Shown here in pieces: positions 42,555-54,287 of a stretch of 64,000 bases of DNA; the first letter of the stretch is position 1, and every line of letters begins with the position of its first letter. Under the pieces are notes generated by a model, which ran no database searches, had not been told where the DNA came from, and saw nothing but the letters and a program-made list of their open reading frames with translations. The stretch covers positions 310,001 to 374,000 of the forward strand of contig JAPDFW010000059.1 of the NCBI GenBank assembly GCA_028826165.1, given 5' to 3'. Source of the stretch: Anaeramoeba ignava BMAN (lineage: Eukaryota > Protista > Anaeramoebae). The translations under genes were made by a program, and so were the position numbers.

Positions 42555-44390
42555 ATGGAAGAAAAAAAAGTAAGTGAAGTAAACCAACATTATTCAAAAA
42601 TTGCGAAAGATACAAAAACAGATGAGAATTATGGAAAAATAGCAGAATCATTTGGTTATTCAAAAGAAGATTTAGAAGAGATTCCAAAATCAGTAAACAT
42701 GGGGCTTTCTTGTGGAAATCCAACATCATGGGCGAATATTCAAGTTAATTTTAAAAGATCAAAAAAAAATCAAAAAAAAAAATATAAAAAAATATTAAAA
42801 AACTTTTTTAATCAAAAAATAAGGAAGGAGAAACTATTTTGGATTTAGGTTGCGGCGCTGGAATGGATTTGTTTCTTGCTGCTAAGAAAGTTGGTGAAAA
42901 AGGAACTGTTTATGGTTTAGATATGAGTGAAGAAATGATTGAAAGAGGCAAAAAAGCTATTGAAGAAAAAAAAGTTACAAATGTTCATTTTTTAAAAGGG
43001 AGAATTGAAACTATTCCTCTTGAAAATGAATCGATTGATTGTGTTATTAGTAATTGTGTTTTGAATCTTGTTCCGATTAAGTCTAGAGCTTTTGCTGAAA
43101 TTTATCGAGTTTTAAAGAAAGGAGGAAGATTAGTAGCTAGTGATGTAAACAAATTTTAATCAATTTAAATTAAATAAAACATTGAAAATTGAATTGAATT
43201 AAATTGAATTGAATTGAATTGAAATTGAATTGAATATTGAATATCGAATTGAATTAAATTAAATTAAATATTAAATATTGAATTGAATTGAATATTAAAT
43301 ATTGAATTGAATTAAATATTGAATATTAAATTAAATATTAAATTGAATTAAATTGAATATTAAATATTGAATTAAATTGAATTAAATATTAAATTGAATT
43401 GAATTGAATTAAATATTAAATTGAATTAAATATTGAATTGGAGAATTGAAATTGAATTGAATTGAATTGAATTGAATTGAATATTAAATTGAATTAAATT
43501 AAATTGAATTGAATTGAATTGAATTGAAATTGAATTAAATTGATTAAATTAAATTGAATATTGAAATTGAAATTGAATATTGAATATTGAAATTAAAATG
43601 AATTGAATATTAAATATTGAATATTAAATTAAATATTAAATATTGAATATTAAATTGAATATTAAATATTGAATTGAATTTAAATATTAAATGAAATTGA
43701 ATGAAATTTAAATATTGAATTAAATATTGAATTAAATATTGAATTGAATATTGAATTAAATTAAATATTAAATTGAATAAATTGAAATTGAATTGAATAT
43801 TGAATTGAATATTGAATAATGAATTGAATATTAAATTGAATTGAATTGAATTGAATATTGAATTGAATATTAAATTGAATATTAAATTGAATTGAATATT
43901 GAATTGAATTAAATATTGAATTGAATATTAAATTGAATATTGAATTGAATTAAGTATTGAATTGAATTAAATATTGAATTGAATTGAATTGAATTAAATT
44001 GAATATTAAATTGAAAATTAAATTAAATTGGATTGAAATTGGATTGAAATTGGATTTTATAAATAGATTGCTTTAAAAAAAGAATTACCAGAAGATTTAA
44101 GAGAAGATGCTGCTGCTTATGTTGGTTGTATTGCAGGTGCAATTCCTGTTGAAAAATATAAGAGTCTTTTAGAAAAAGCTGGATTTGTTGAAGTTAATTT
44201 ACAAGATACAGTTAGAAATTTAAATGTTCATAAAGATCGAGCTCATAAAACTTCTTGTGGTGGTTGTTGTTGTAAAAAAAAAGATGAACAAAAAGATGAA
44301 GAAAAAGAAAAGAAATCTTTTGAAAAAATTGAACAATATGATTTAAATGATTTTGCTTCAAGTTTTAAAGTTTTTGCTAAAAAGAATTAA
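42555..44390 (+). CDS. arsM: Arsenite S-adenosylmethionine methyltransferase (ArsM/AS3MT family), 3 exons
   Basis: Exons 42555-42743, 42824-43144 and 44067-44390: FGYSKEDLEEIP..NMGLSCGNP, ILDLGCGAGMD, DCVISNCVLNL, GGRLVASDIAL, YVGCIAGAI, C-terminal SCGGCCC. Confidence 0.92.
43180..44055. repeat. Intronic pentamer/heptamer repeat (ATTGA/ATTAA/ATATTGA)n
   Basis: Fills ArsM intron 2 (43145-44066). Confidence 0.9.
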
Positions 44391-44601
44391 AAAGGAAATT
44401 AAAAAGAATTAAAAAGAAAATTAAAGAAGCGAAAGAAAAGGAAAAATTTTAAAAGAAAGAAAAAGAAGAAAATCTTTTTAATTTTTTTTTGCCTTCTTTC
44501 TTTTTTAAAAAAGAAAAAAAAATTTTTTTTCGTTTTTCATTTTTCATTTTTTTTGCTTTAAAAACAACAAGAAAAGAAATAATAAAAACAAAAAAAAAGA
44601 A

Positions 44602-47600
44602 ATGCAATCATTAAAACTTATTCAAAAAAAAAAAACAACCCCAATTAATTCACAAATTTCGAATCAATTTATTAAAAAATTATTTTCAGATATTTTAAAA
44701 GAAAGTAAGAAAGGACCAGTTATTGTTGGTAATTGGATTGACAATAAAATTGTTCCCTCAAATACAACTCAATGGTTAGAAGTTTATAATCCAGTAAGTT
44801 TTTTATTTTTTAATTTTATAAAAAAAAATATTTTTTTTTCTTTTTTAAAATAAGAGAAAACAAAAATTTTAATTTACCATCTCAATAATTTTATAATTAA
44901 TTTTATAAATAATTTTATAAATAATTTTATAAATAAATTTATAAATAATTTTATAAATAATTTTATAAATAATTTTATAAATAATTTTATAAATAATTTT
45001 ATTAATAATTTTATATTTAATTTTATATTTAATTTTATAAATAATTTAATAAATAATTTTATATTTAATTTTATATATAATTTTATAAATAATTTTATAA
45101 ATAATTTAATAAATAATTTTATAAATAATTTTATATTTAATTTAATAAATAATTTTATAAATAATTTTATAATTAATTTAATAAATAATTTTATATTTAA
45201 TTTTATAAATAATTTTATAAATAATTTTATAAATAATTTTATAAATAATTTAATAAATAATTTTATAAATAATTTTATAAATAATTTTATAAATAATTTT
45301 ATAAATAATTTTATAAATAATTTTATAAATAATTTTATAAATAATTTTATAATTAATTTAATAAATAATTTTATATTTAATTTTTATAATTAATTTTATA
45401 AATAATTTTATAAATAATTTTATAAATAATTTTATAAATAATTTAATAATTAATTTTATAAAATAATTTTATAAATAATTTAATATTTAATTTTATAAAT
45501 AATTTTATATTTAATTTTTATAATTAATTTTATAAATAATTTTTTATATTTAATTTTATAAATAATTTTATAAATAATTTTATATTTAATTTTATAAATA
45601 ATTTAATTTTATATTTAATTTTTATAAATAATTTTATAAATAATTTTTATAAATAATTTTATAAATAATTTTATAAATAATTTTATAAATAATTTTTATA
45701 AATAAATTAATAAATAATTTTATAAATAATTTTTATAAATAAATTTTATATTTAATTTTATAATTAATTTTATAAATAATTTTATAAATAATTTTATAAT
45801 TAAATTTATAAATAATTTTATAAATTAATTTTATAAATAATTTTATGTTTAATTTTATAAATAATTTTATAAATAATTTTATAATTAATTTTATAATTAA
45901 TTTTTATAAATAATTTTATAAATAATAATTTTATAAATAATTTAATAAATAATTTTATAAATAATTTTATAAATAATTTTATAAATAATTTTATAATTAA
46001 TTTTTATATTTAATTTTATAAATAATTTTATATTTAATTTTATTAATAATTTTATTTTAAATTTTATTATTAATTTTATATTAATTTTTATATTAAATAA
46101 TTTTGTTTTAAATAATTTTTATATAATTTTATAAATTTTATAAATAATTTTATAAATAATTTTATAAATAATTTTATAAATAATTTTTATAAATAATTTT
46201 ATAAATAATTTTATAAATAATTTTATAAATAATTTTATAATTAATTTTATAAATTAATTTTATAATTAATTTTATAAATTAATTTTATAAATTAATTTTA
46301 TAAATAATTTTATAAATAATTTTATAAATAATTTTATAAATAATTTTATAAATAATTTTATAAATAATTTTATAAATAATTTTATAAATAATTTTATAAA
46401 TAATTTTATAATTAATTTTATAAATAATTTTATAAATAATTTTATAAATAATTTTATTAATAATTTTATAAATAATTTTATAAATAATTTTATAAATAAT
46501 TTTATAAATAATTTAATAAATAATTTTATATTAAATTTTATATTTAATTTTATATTTAATTTTATAAATAATTTTATAAATAATTTTATAAATAATTTTA
46601 TAAATAATTTTATAAATAATTTTATAAATAATTTTATAAATAATTTTATAAATAATTTAATAAATAATTTTATAAATAATTTAATAAATAATTTTATAAA
46701 TAATTTTATAATTAATTTTATATTTAATTTTATATTTAATTTTATAAATAATTTTATATTTAATTTTATTAATAATTTTATAAATAATTTTATAAATAAT
46801 TTTATAATTGTTTATATCAAATTTTGTTTTTAAATTTTATATTAAATTTTGTTTTAAATTTTGTTTTAAATTTTATAATTAATTTTAAATTTTGTTTTAA
46901 ATTTTGTTTTAAATTTTATATTAAATTTTATATTAAATTTTATATTAAATTTTATATTAAATTTTATATTAAATTTTATATTAAATATTATATTAAATTT
47001 TGTTTTAAATATTTAAAAAGGCAACACAAGAACTTCATGCCAAAACACCAATGAGCACCCAAGAAGACATGAAAAAAGCCACAGCAGCAGCAGCAAAAGC
47101 ATTTCTAAAATGGCGAAGCACACCAATATCACAACGAGCACGAGTGATGTTCCGAGCAGTAAATCTTTTACACGAAAGAGAAGAAGAAATTGCAGAACTT
47201 TTAGTAAGAGAACACGGAAAGACATTACCAGATGCACGAGGAGAAGTATTTCGGGGACTTGAGGTAATAGAACAAGCCTGCGGAATGTCAGCACAGATGT
47301 TTGGCGAGACTCTCGAGAATGTTTCGGCTTACATGGACACATATAGTTATAGACAACCACTCGGAGTGACATCAGCCGTTATGCCGTTTAATTTCCCTTT
47401 TATGTGCCCCTTATGGGTTGCTCCACTGACTATAACTGCAGGAAACACTTTCATCTTAAAACCCTCTGAAAGATGCCCATTGAGCGCGATTGCCATTGGA
47501 GAGCTGTTCAGAGATGCTGGACTTCCGGATGGTGTATACAACGTGATCAACGGTGCTCATGACGCAGTTAACTTCGTATGCGACGCTCCAGAGATCAAAT

Positions 47601-48427
47601 CAATCTCTTTTGTCGGTTCCAATCCTGCTGGTGAACACATCTTCGCGAGAGGAACTGCAACTGGAAAGAAGGTGCAATGCAATATGGGAGCAAAAAATCA
47701 CTTGGTCGTTATGCCGTCAGCAAACAAAGAGGCCGCTCTCAATGCTATAATCGGATCAGGATACGGTGCTGCTGGTCAGCGCTGCATGGCTATATCAACC
47801 GTCATCTTTGTTGGTGAGACCAAGCTTTGGATCCCAGAACTCGTTGAAAAAATCAAGAAAGTTGTTGTTAACGAAGGTCATGATCCGAAGGCTGATCTCG
47901 GTCCGGTCACAACAAAACAAGCAAAACAAAGAATCCTCTCTCTTATTCAGTCAGCAAAACAAGAGGGCGCAAATGTTCTCGTTGATGGTAGCAACCTCGT
48001 TGTGAAAGGATTCGAAAAGGGAAACTTTATAGGTCCGACTTTTATTTCCAATGTCAGCCCACAGATGAAATGTTATAAAGAAGAAATTTTCGGGCCAGTT
48101 TTGCTTTCAATGAACATGGATTCTCTTGATGAGGCAATCGAGTTTATGAACGCTAATCCTAAAGGCAACGGTTGTTCTATTTTCACTCAAGATGGATCTC
48201 AAGCTAGAAAATTCCAATATGAAGTTGAAACTGGTCAAGTCGGTATAAATGTTCCTATTCCTGTTCCTCTTGCTATGTTCTCTTTTACTGGCTGGAAAGG
48301 CAGCTTTAGAGGTGACCATCATTTCTATGGTAGAAATGGTATCGATTTCTTCACAGAGATTAAGACTATTACTTCAAAATGGAAAGAGGATCACACTCTT
48401 TCATTTACTTTCCCAACTCCAAAATAA
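44602..48427 (+). CDS. ALDH6A1: Methylmalonate-semialdehyde dehydrogenase (CoA-acylating) with N-terminal presequence
   Basis: Exon 1 44602-44793 (..EVYNP) joins exon 2 47021-48427 ([10 protein letters not shown]..). Motifs [22 protein letters not shown], catalytic GQRCMA, EEIFGPV and [13 protein letters not shown] are present. Confidence 0.96.
44884..47010. repeat. Intronic 12-bp satellite (AATAATTTTATA)n, about 2.1 kb
   Basis: Fills the MMSDH intron 44794-47020 and drifts to AAATTTTATATT/AAATTTTGTTTT at the 3' end. Confidence 0.95.
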
Positions 48428-48705
48428 TTTTTTTTCTTTTCAAAAAATTCAAATCCAAATTCCAAATTTTCAAAAATCAAAAATTTTAATTTTTAAGCAA
48501 TTTTTTTCTTTAAAACTTTTAAATAAAATTGCTTCCAATTTCCATTAAATTTCTTTCATTTCTTTTTATTAGAAAAAATTAAAATTAAAAATTATTGAAA
48601 ATCTTTTTTTTTATTATTAAAATTTTTTTATTAATTTTTTTATTTTTTTTTAATTTAAAAAATTTTTTTTTTAACTTTTTTTAAAATTCATTTTTTTTTT
48701 TCTTT

Positions 48706-51700
48706 ATGGCATCATTTGAAGAAGATAAAACATTGTAAAAAGAAAAAAATTTTTTTTCCTTTTTTTTTAAATTAAAATTAAAACAAAAAATTTAAATTGA
48801 AAAAAAAAAAATTTAAAAACAAAAAACGAATGAAAAAAAAATTTTTTATAGATTTTTACAAGGATTTAGTGCAGATGCAACAGAAGAAGATGTGAAAAAA
48901 TCATTTCCAAACCCTGATAGCATTCAAAGAGTTCATATGAAATTAACTAGATTTGAAAAGATTCCTTTTGCTTATGTGATATTTCAAAATGCTCAAGATG
49001 CAAATGATGCTATTGAAAAAAGCAAAATCAAACCTCTTGAAATTAAAGATAAAATTTGTCAACTTCAACCTTATCGTAAAGAAAAGGAGTAAATTTAAAT
49101 CTATTACATTTAATTTTATAAATAAATTTATATATAATTTTATAATTAATTTTATAAATAATTTTATATTTAATTTTATAATTAATTTAATAAATAATTT
49201 TATAAATAATTTTATAAATAATTTTATAAATAATTTTATAAATAATTTTATAAATAATTTTATAAATAATTTAATAAATAATTTAATAAATAATTTTATA
49301 AATAATTTTATTAATAATTTTATTAATAATTTTATAAATAATTTTATAAATAATTTTATAAATAAATTTATAAATAATTTTATATTTAATTTTATAATTA
49401 ATTTTATAATTAATTTTACAAATAATTTAATAAATAATTTTATAAATAATTTAATAAATAATTTAATAAATAATTTTATATTTAATTTTATAAATAATTT
49501 TATAAATAAATTAATAAATAATTTTATATTTAATTTTATAAATAATTTAATATATAATTTAATAAATAATTTTATAATTAATTTTATAAATAATTTTATA
49601 AATAATTTTATAAATAATTTAATAAATAATTTTATAAATAATTTAATAAATAATTTTATAAATAATTTAATAAATAATTTTATAAATAATTTAATAAATA
49701 ATTTTTATAAATAATTTAATAAATAATTTTATAAATAATTTTATAAATAATTTAATAAATAATTTTATAAATAATTTTATATTTAATTTTATAAATAATT
49801 TTATATTTAATTTTATAAATAATTTTATAAATAATTTAATAAATAATTTTATATTTAATTTTATAAATAATTTTATAAATAATTTAATAAATAATTTTAT
49901 AAATAATTTTATAAATAATTTAATAAATAATTTAATAAATAATTTTATAAATAATTTTATAATTAATTTTATAAATAATTTTATAAATAATTTTATAAAT
50001 AAATTTTATAAATAATTTTATAAATAATTTTATAAATAATTTTATATTTAATTTTATATATAATTTTATAAATAATTTTATAAATAATTTTATAAATAAT
50101 TTTATTAATAATTTTATTAATAATTTTATAAATAATTTTATAAATAATTTTATAAATAATTTTATAAATAATTTTATAAATAATTTTATAAATAATTTTA
50201 TAAATAATTTTATAAATAATTTTATAAATAATTTTATAAATAATTTTATAAATAATTTTATAAATAATTTTATATTTAATTTTATAAATAATTTTATAAT
50301 TAATTTTATAATTAATTTTATTAATAATTTTATAAATAATTTTATTAATAATTTTATAAATAATTTTATAAATAACTTTATTAATAATTTTATATTTAAT
50401 TTTATATTTAATTTTATAAATAATTTAATAAATAATTTTATATTTAATTTAATAAATAATTTAATATTTAATTTTATATTTAATTTAATAAATAATTTTA
50501 TAAATAATTTTATAAATAATTTTATAAATAATTTAATATTTAATTTTATAAATAATTTTAATAAATGAAAATGAATTTTGTTTAGAAAACAACCACATTT
50601 TTTGGATTTGTTTTCTGTTCCAAGCGAGTACAAAAAAGAACAAATTATCCAAGATAGTGGCTGTGCTGAAACAATTCTTGGTTTCAAATTAAGAGTTTTT
50701 CCAAATAAAGGAGTAAATTTTCTAACAAAATAAAAATAATCGAAAAACAAGTTAAAATTTAACAAAAAAATAAAAAAAAAATAAATAAATAAATTTTCAA
50801 AGACAAAAGTAACACTTATCTTCTCTAACGTAGAAGATTTAAAAAAGGCGTTAAATAATTTAGAAAACAATCCAGCTTATAAACAAAAAGGAGTGTAAAA
50901 TTTAAAAAAATATTTTGTAAATTTTTATTTATTTTTTAAATAATATTTATTTTAATAATATTTTAATATTTTAATAATTTAATTTTTATTTAATTTATTA
51001 GTCAAATCTCGGAAAGACAAGTTCAAAATATTGATTCAACAAGATCCGTTTTTGTACGAAATATATCATCGCGATTAACAGAAGAAGATATTGGTGTGAT
51101 TTTCCAACGATTTGGAAAAGTCGAACAAGTCAAATTCAACAAATTAAGCGACGAGATCAGAAAAGATAACGCAGTGATAATATTCGAGAATCCAAAATCA
51201 GTATCAGAAGTATTCCAGAATCGAGAACCACTTGAATTTTATGGAAAAAGATTTGAAATCAAACCATTTAGAGGAAAGAAAAAAGAGTTTCCAGAACAAA
51301 TGCCACAACAATATCAACAACCACAATATCCACAACAATATCAACAACCACAATATCCACAACAATATCAGCAACAATACTCGCCACAAGTGCAACTTTA
51401 TCAGGCTTTTGAGCGGATTGTTCGAGGAAATCAACAATTTACTCAAATTCCAAACGGAATTTTACAACAAATTTTCGATCGAAACATCCAACAAATTGCC
51501 CAAATTTTCCAGAATCCAGAACAGCAACAAATTCCAGCTCAAATCCTTCATCTTTTTGGTATGAACCTGCAAATGTTCCAAAGACCCCCCCAACAACAAC
51601 ACAATCAAAGAATGCCAATTGACCCCCAACATCCTTATCCTAACCCCCGAAACCCCCAACAACAACCCCCTCAAGGTCCTCATCAAATATATTCTCCTCC

Positions 51701-51737
51701 TGACCAATTTCCAAAAGACAAGTTGAATAACAACTAA
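48706..51737 (+). CDS. RNA-binding protein with three RRMs and a Q/P-rich C-terminus
   Basis: Exons 48706-48734, 48852-49088, 50586-50712, 50803-50894 and 51002-51737. RRM1 KTLFLQGFSADATEEDVKKSF..FAYVIF; RRM3 RSVFVRNISSRLTEEDIGVIFQRFGKVE..AVIIF; PQQYQQPQY repeats. Confidence 0.8.
49105..50562. repeat. Intronic 12-bp satellite (AATAATTTTATA)n
   Basis: Fills the RRM-gene intron 49089-50585; same unit as the MMSDH intron. Confidence 0.95.
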
Positions 51738-52006
51738 TTTTTCTTCAATTAATTCTTTTCGTTTCTATTTTTTTTTTCTGAAGAATTGGAATTTTTTCTT
51801 TTCCTTCTTCTTTTTTTTCTTCTTCATTTTTTTTCTCTTAGAAAAATTTGCTACAAAAAAACACTCAAAAGAAAAGCAAAAAAAAAAAAAAGAAAGTCAA
51901 AAAACTCAAATCAAATGAGTGAAGAATTTAATTTTCAATTTAAAATTAAATTTTTCACAAATTTTCGTTTTTTATTTTTTATTGAATTTTTTTAATTTGA
52001 TTGAAA

Positions 52007-53015
52007 TTATTTTTCATTTAATTTTGACATCAATTCAATTGTTATATCTTGTCTTTTTTTTAAAAGACGAGCAATTTCTTCAATTTTTTTTTCAAGTTTA
52101 ACTTTTTCTTCTTTATAATTTTTGGAATTTTTATCTTCTTCATTGATTTGCATTTCATTCATTCTTTCTTCCAATTTATTTTCTAATTCAGAATATTTTT
52201 GGTTATATTCATCTTCCATTTCTTTTAAATCATTACTTATTTTCTCAATCTTTTTTTCTTTTTCAGTTGAATATTTGATAAAAATATAACGTAAATTCTC
52301 AAGTTTTTCATTCATTCCACTTTCTAAATCAAAATTTTCTAAAGGTCTAATTGTTTCTTTAATAATCTCAATTCGATCTTCCATTAATTGCTGCCAATCT
52401 TGTTCTGTTTCATCAAAAATGAAGACTTCTTGAGAATCAATTTCCAAAAGAAGTGGATCAGATTTTTCTTCTTCTTTTTTTGGATTTGTTTGATTTTCAT
52501 TCATTTCATTTGATATTTCTTTCTTAAAAATGAATTCTAAATTGATTTTTTCTTCATTTTGAATTTTTTTAACCTTTCCAAAAAAAATTTAAATTAAAAT
52601 TAATCAAAATTTAAATTAAAATCAAAATTAAAAAAAATTTACAAAAATATTTATCCAGAATTCTTTTTGATCTTTTCTTAAAAAAACCCATTTAAAAAAA
52701 CTTGAGGATTCAGAAGAACTAAAATTAAGAAAAAGCAAAAAAAAAATATTATTTAAAATTTAAATTAAAATTTAAATTAAAAATTATTTACTCAATAAAT
52801 TGTTTGTAAATATTATTAAAAGCTGTTTCTGGATTTGCTTGAAGATGAGGTTGGAAAGGTGAACTTAAATCTTTAATGTTTTTTCCTATAATTTTATCCT
52901 TTTCAATTTGGAAAAGATTTGTTATTGATTCGTTACATTCTAAAAATATGCCAGATTCATTCAGAATACATTTTGGTTCTTCTTCAATTTCGATTATTTT
53001 TTCAGTAAGAGACAT
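52007..53015 (-). CDS. PAS-domain protein with a C-terminal coiled coil
   Basis: Exons 53015-52792, 52718-52643 and 52573-52007. PKCILNESGIFLECNESITNLFQIEKDKIIGKNIKDLS (PAS) is followed by FKWVFLRKDQKEFWINIFV (PAC) and a heptad-rich tail. Confidence 0.78.
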
Positions 53016-53185
53016 TTAATAAAAAATTAAAATTAAAATTAAAAATAAAAATAAAAAATGAAACTTAAATTTTTTGAGTAAATAAAAAAATAAGATAGTT
53101 TTTAATTGAAAAATTTTTTATGCCCCCTTTTATTCTATTTAAAAAAAGCAAAAAAAAAAAAAGAAGAAAAAAAATATTTTTATTT

Positions 53186-54253
53186 TTAAATTGCTTTTTT
53201 TCTCCAATTTATCAAATTTAATTCATAATTTAACAAGTCTTCATCTGAATCACTTTCACTTTCATTTTCAATTTCATTTTCATTTTGATTTTGATTTTGA
53301 TTTTGATTTTGATTTTGATTTTGATTTTGATTTTGATTTTGATTTTGATTTTGATTTTGATTTTGATTTTGATTTTGATTTTGATTTTGATTTAGATTTT
53401 GATTTTGATTTTGATTTTGATTTTGATTTTCAATTTCATTTTTATTTTCAATTTGATTTTCATTTAGATTTTTATTTTGATTTTTATTTTCAATTTGATT
53501 TTTATTTTCATTTTCATTTTCATTTTCATTTTCATTTTCAATTTTATTTTGATTTTGATTTTGATTTTGATTTTGATTTTTATTTTCAATTAGATTTTTA
53601 TTTTGATTTTCATTTTCAATTTGATTTTGATTTTTATTTTCAATTTCATTTCCATTTTGATTTTCATTTTCATTTTCATTTTCATTTTGATTTAGATTTT
53701 GAATTATTTCTTCTCTTTTTTTTAATTTTGATTCAACTCTTTCAAGTAATTCAGCAATTTTTTGATCATGTTTTTTACGAATCAATTCAAAATCATTTCC
53801 CAATTCAATTTGATATTCTTCTTTTTCTTCACTTTCATCATAATTTTCTGCAATAGCTTCTTCAAATTTTTTAAGTTCTTCTTCAAGTTCATTATCTAAA
53901 TCATTTAAATTATTTTGAATTTCAGAATCAATTTGAATATTTTCAGTTTTTGGTTTTTGTTTAACAGATTCTTTAGGTTCATTTTCTTTTGGAATTCTTT
54001 TTTGAATTTGTTTTTTCCTTTTTTTTTTATTTGATTTTTTTGTTATTTCTCCTTTTTCAATAGATATTTTTGTTGCTTCAATTTCAGCTTCAGCTTCAAA
54101 TTGTTCATTTGGTTCATCAAAAAATTTAGAAGGAAGAAATTTAAATTCATATTCTTCAGTTTCTTGATGATTTTTAATTTGATTTTTTTGAATTTGATTT
54201 GGATTTCTTTTAATATTTCTTCTTGGTTTTTTAACGATTTTTTGAAAAGACAT
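53186..54253 (-). CDS. ZNF830/CCDC16-like protein (C-terminal region) lacking the zinc finger, with a (QN)n tract
   Basis: LPSKFFDEP resembles LPEGFFDDP; EEELKKFEEAI resembles DKEWDEFQKAM; the terminal acidic SDSDEDLL..NWRKKAI resembles SDDE..DWRxK. Confidence 0.55.
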   Translation of the reverse strand: MSFQKIVKKPRRNIKRNPNQIQKNQIKNHQETEEYEFKFLPSKFFDEPNEQFEAEAEIEATKISIEKGEITKKSNKKKRKKQIQKRIPKENEPKESVKQKPKTENIQIDSEIQNNLNDLDNELEEELKKFEEAIAENYDESEEKEEYQIELGNDFELIRKKHDQKIAELLERVESKLKKREEIIQNLNQNENENENENQNGNEIENKNQNQIENENQNKNLIENKNQNQNQNQNQNKIENENENENENENKNQIENKNQNKNLNENQIENKNEIENQNQNQNQNQNLNQNQNQNQNQNQNQNQNQNQNQNQNQNQNQNQNQNQNENEIENESESDSDEDLLNYELNLINWRKKAI

Positions 54254-54287
54254 TAAATGAAAAAATGAAAAAATGAAAAATGAAAAA

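Noticed and set aside
47021-48427. GC-richer MMSDH exon as bacterial contamination or a recent insertion
   Set aside because: It is spliced to an AT-rich exon with a targeting presequence, and similar GC elevation occurs inside long exons of clearly eukaryotic genes
47013-48548. Short antisense/overlapping ORFs over MMSDH, and likewise over the BEACH and Furry-like exons
   Set aside because: Expected by-products of GC-richer coding DNA, with no recognisable motifs
48989-50870. 241-aa and 312-aa ORFs (INNF/IKLF repeats)
   Set aside because: Translations of the intronic 12-bp satellite
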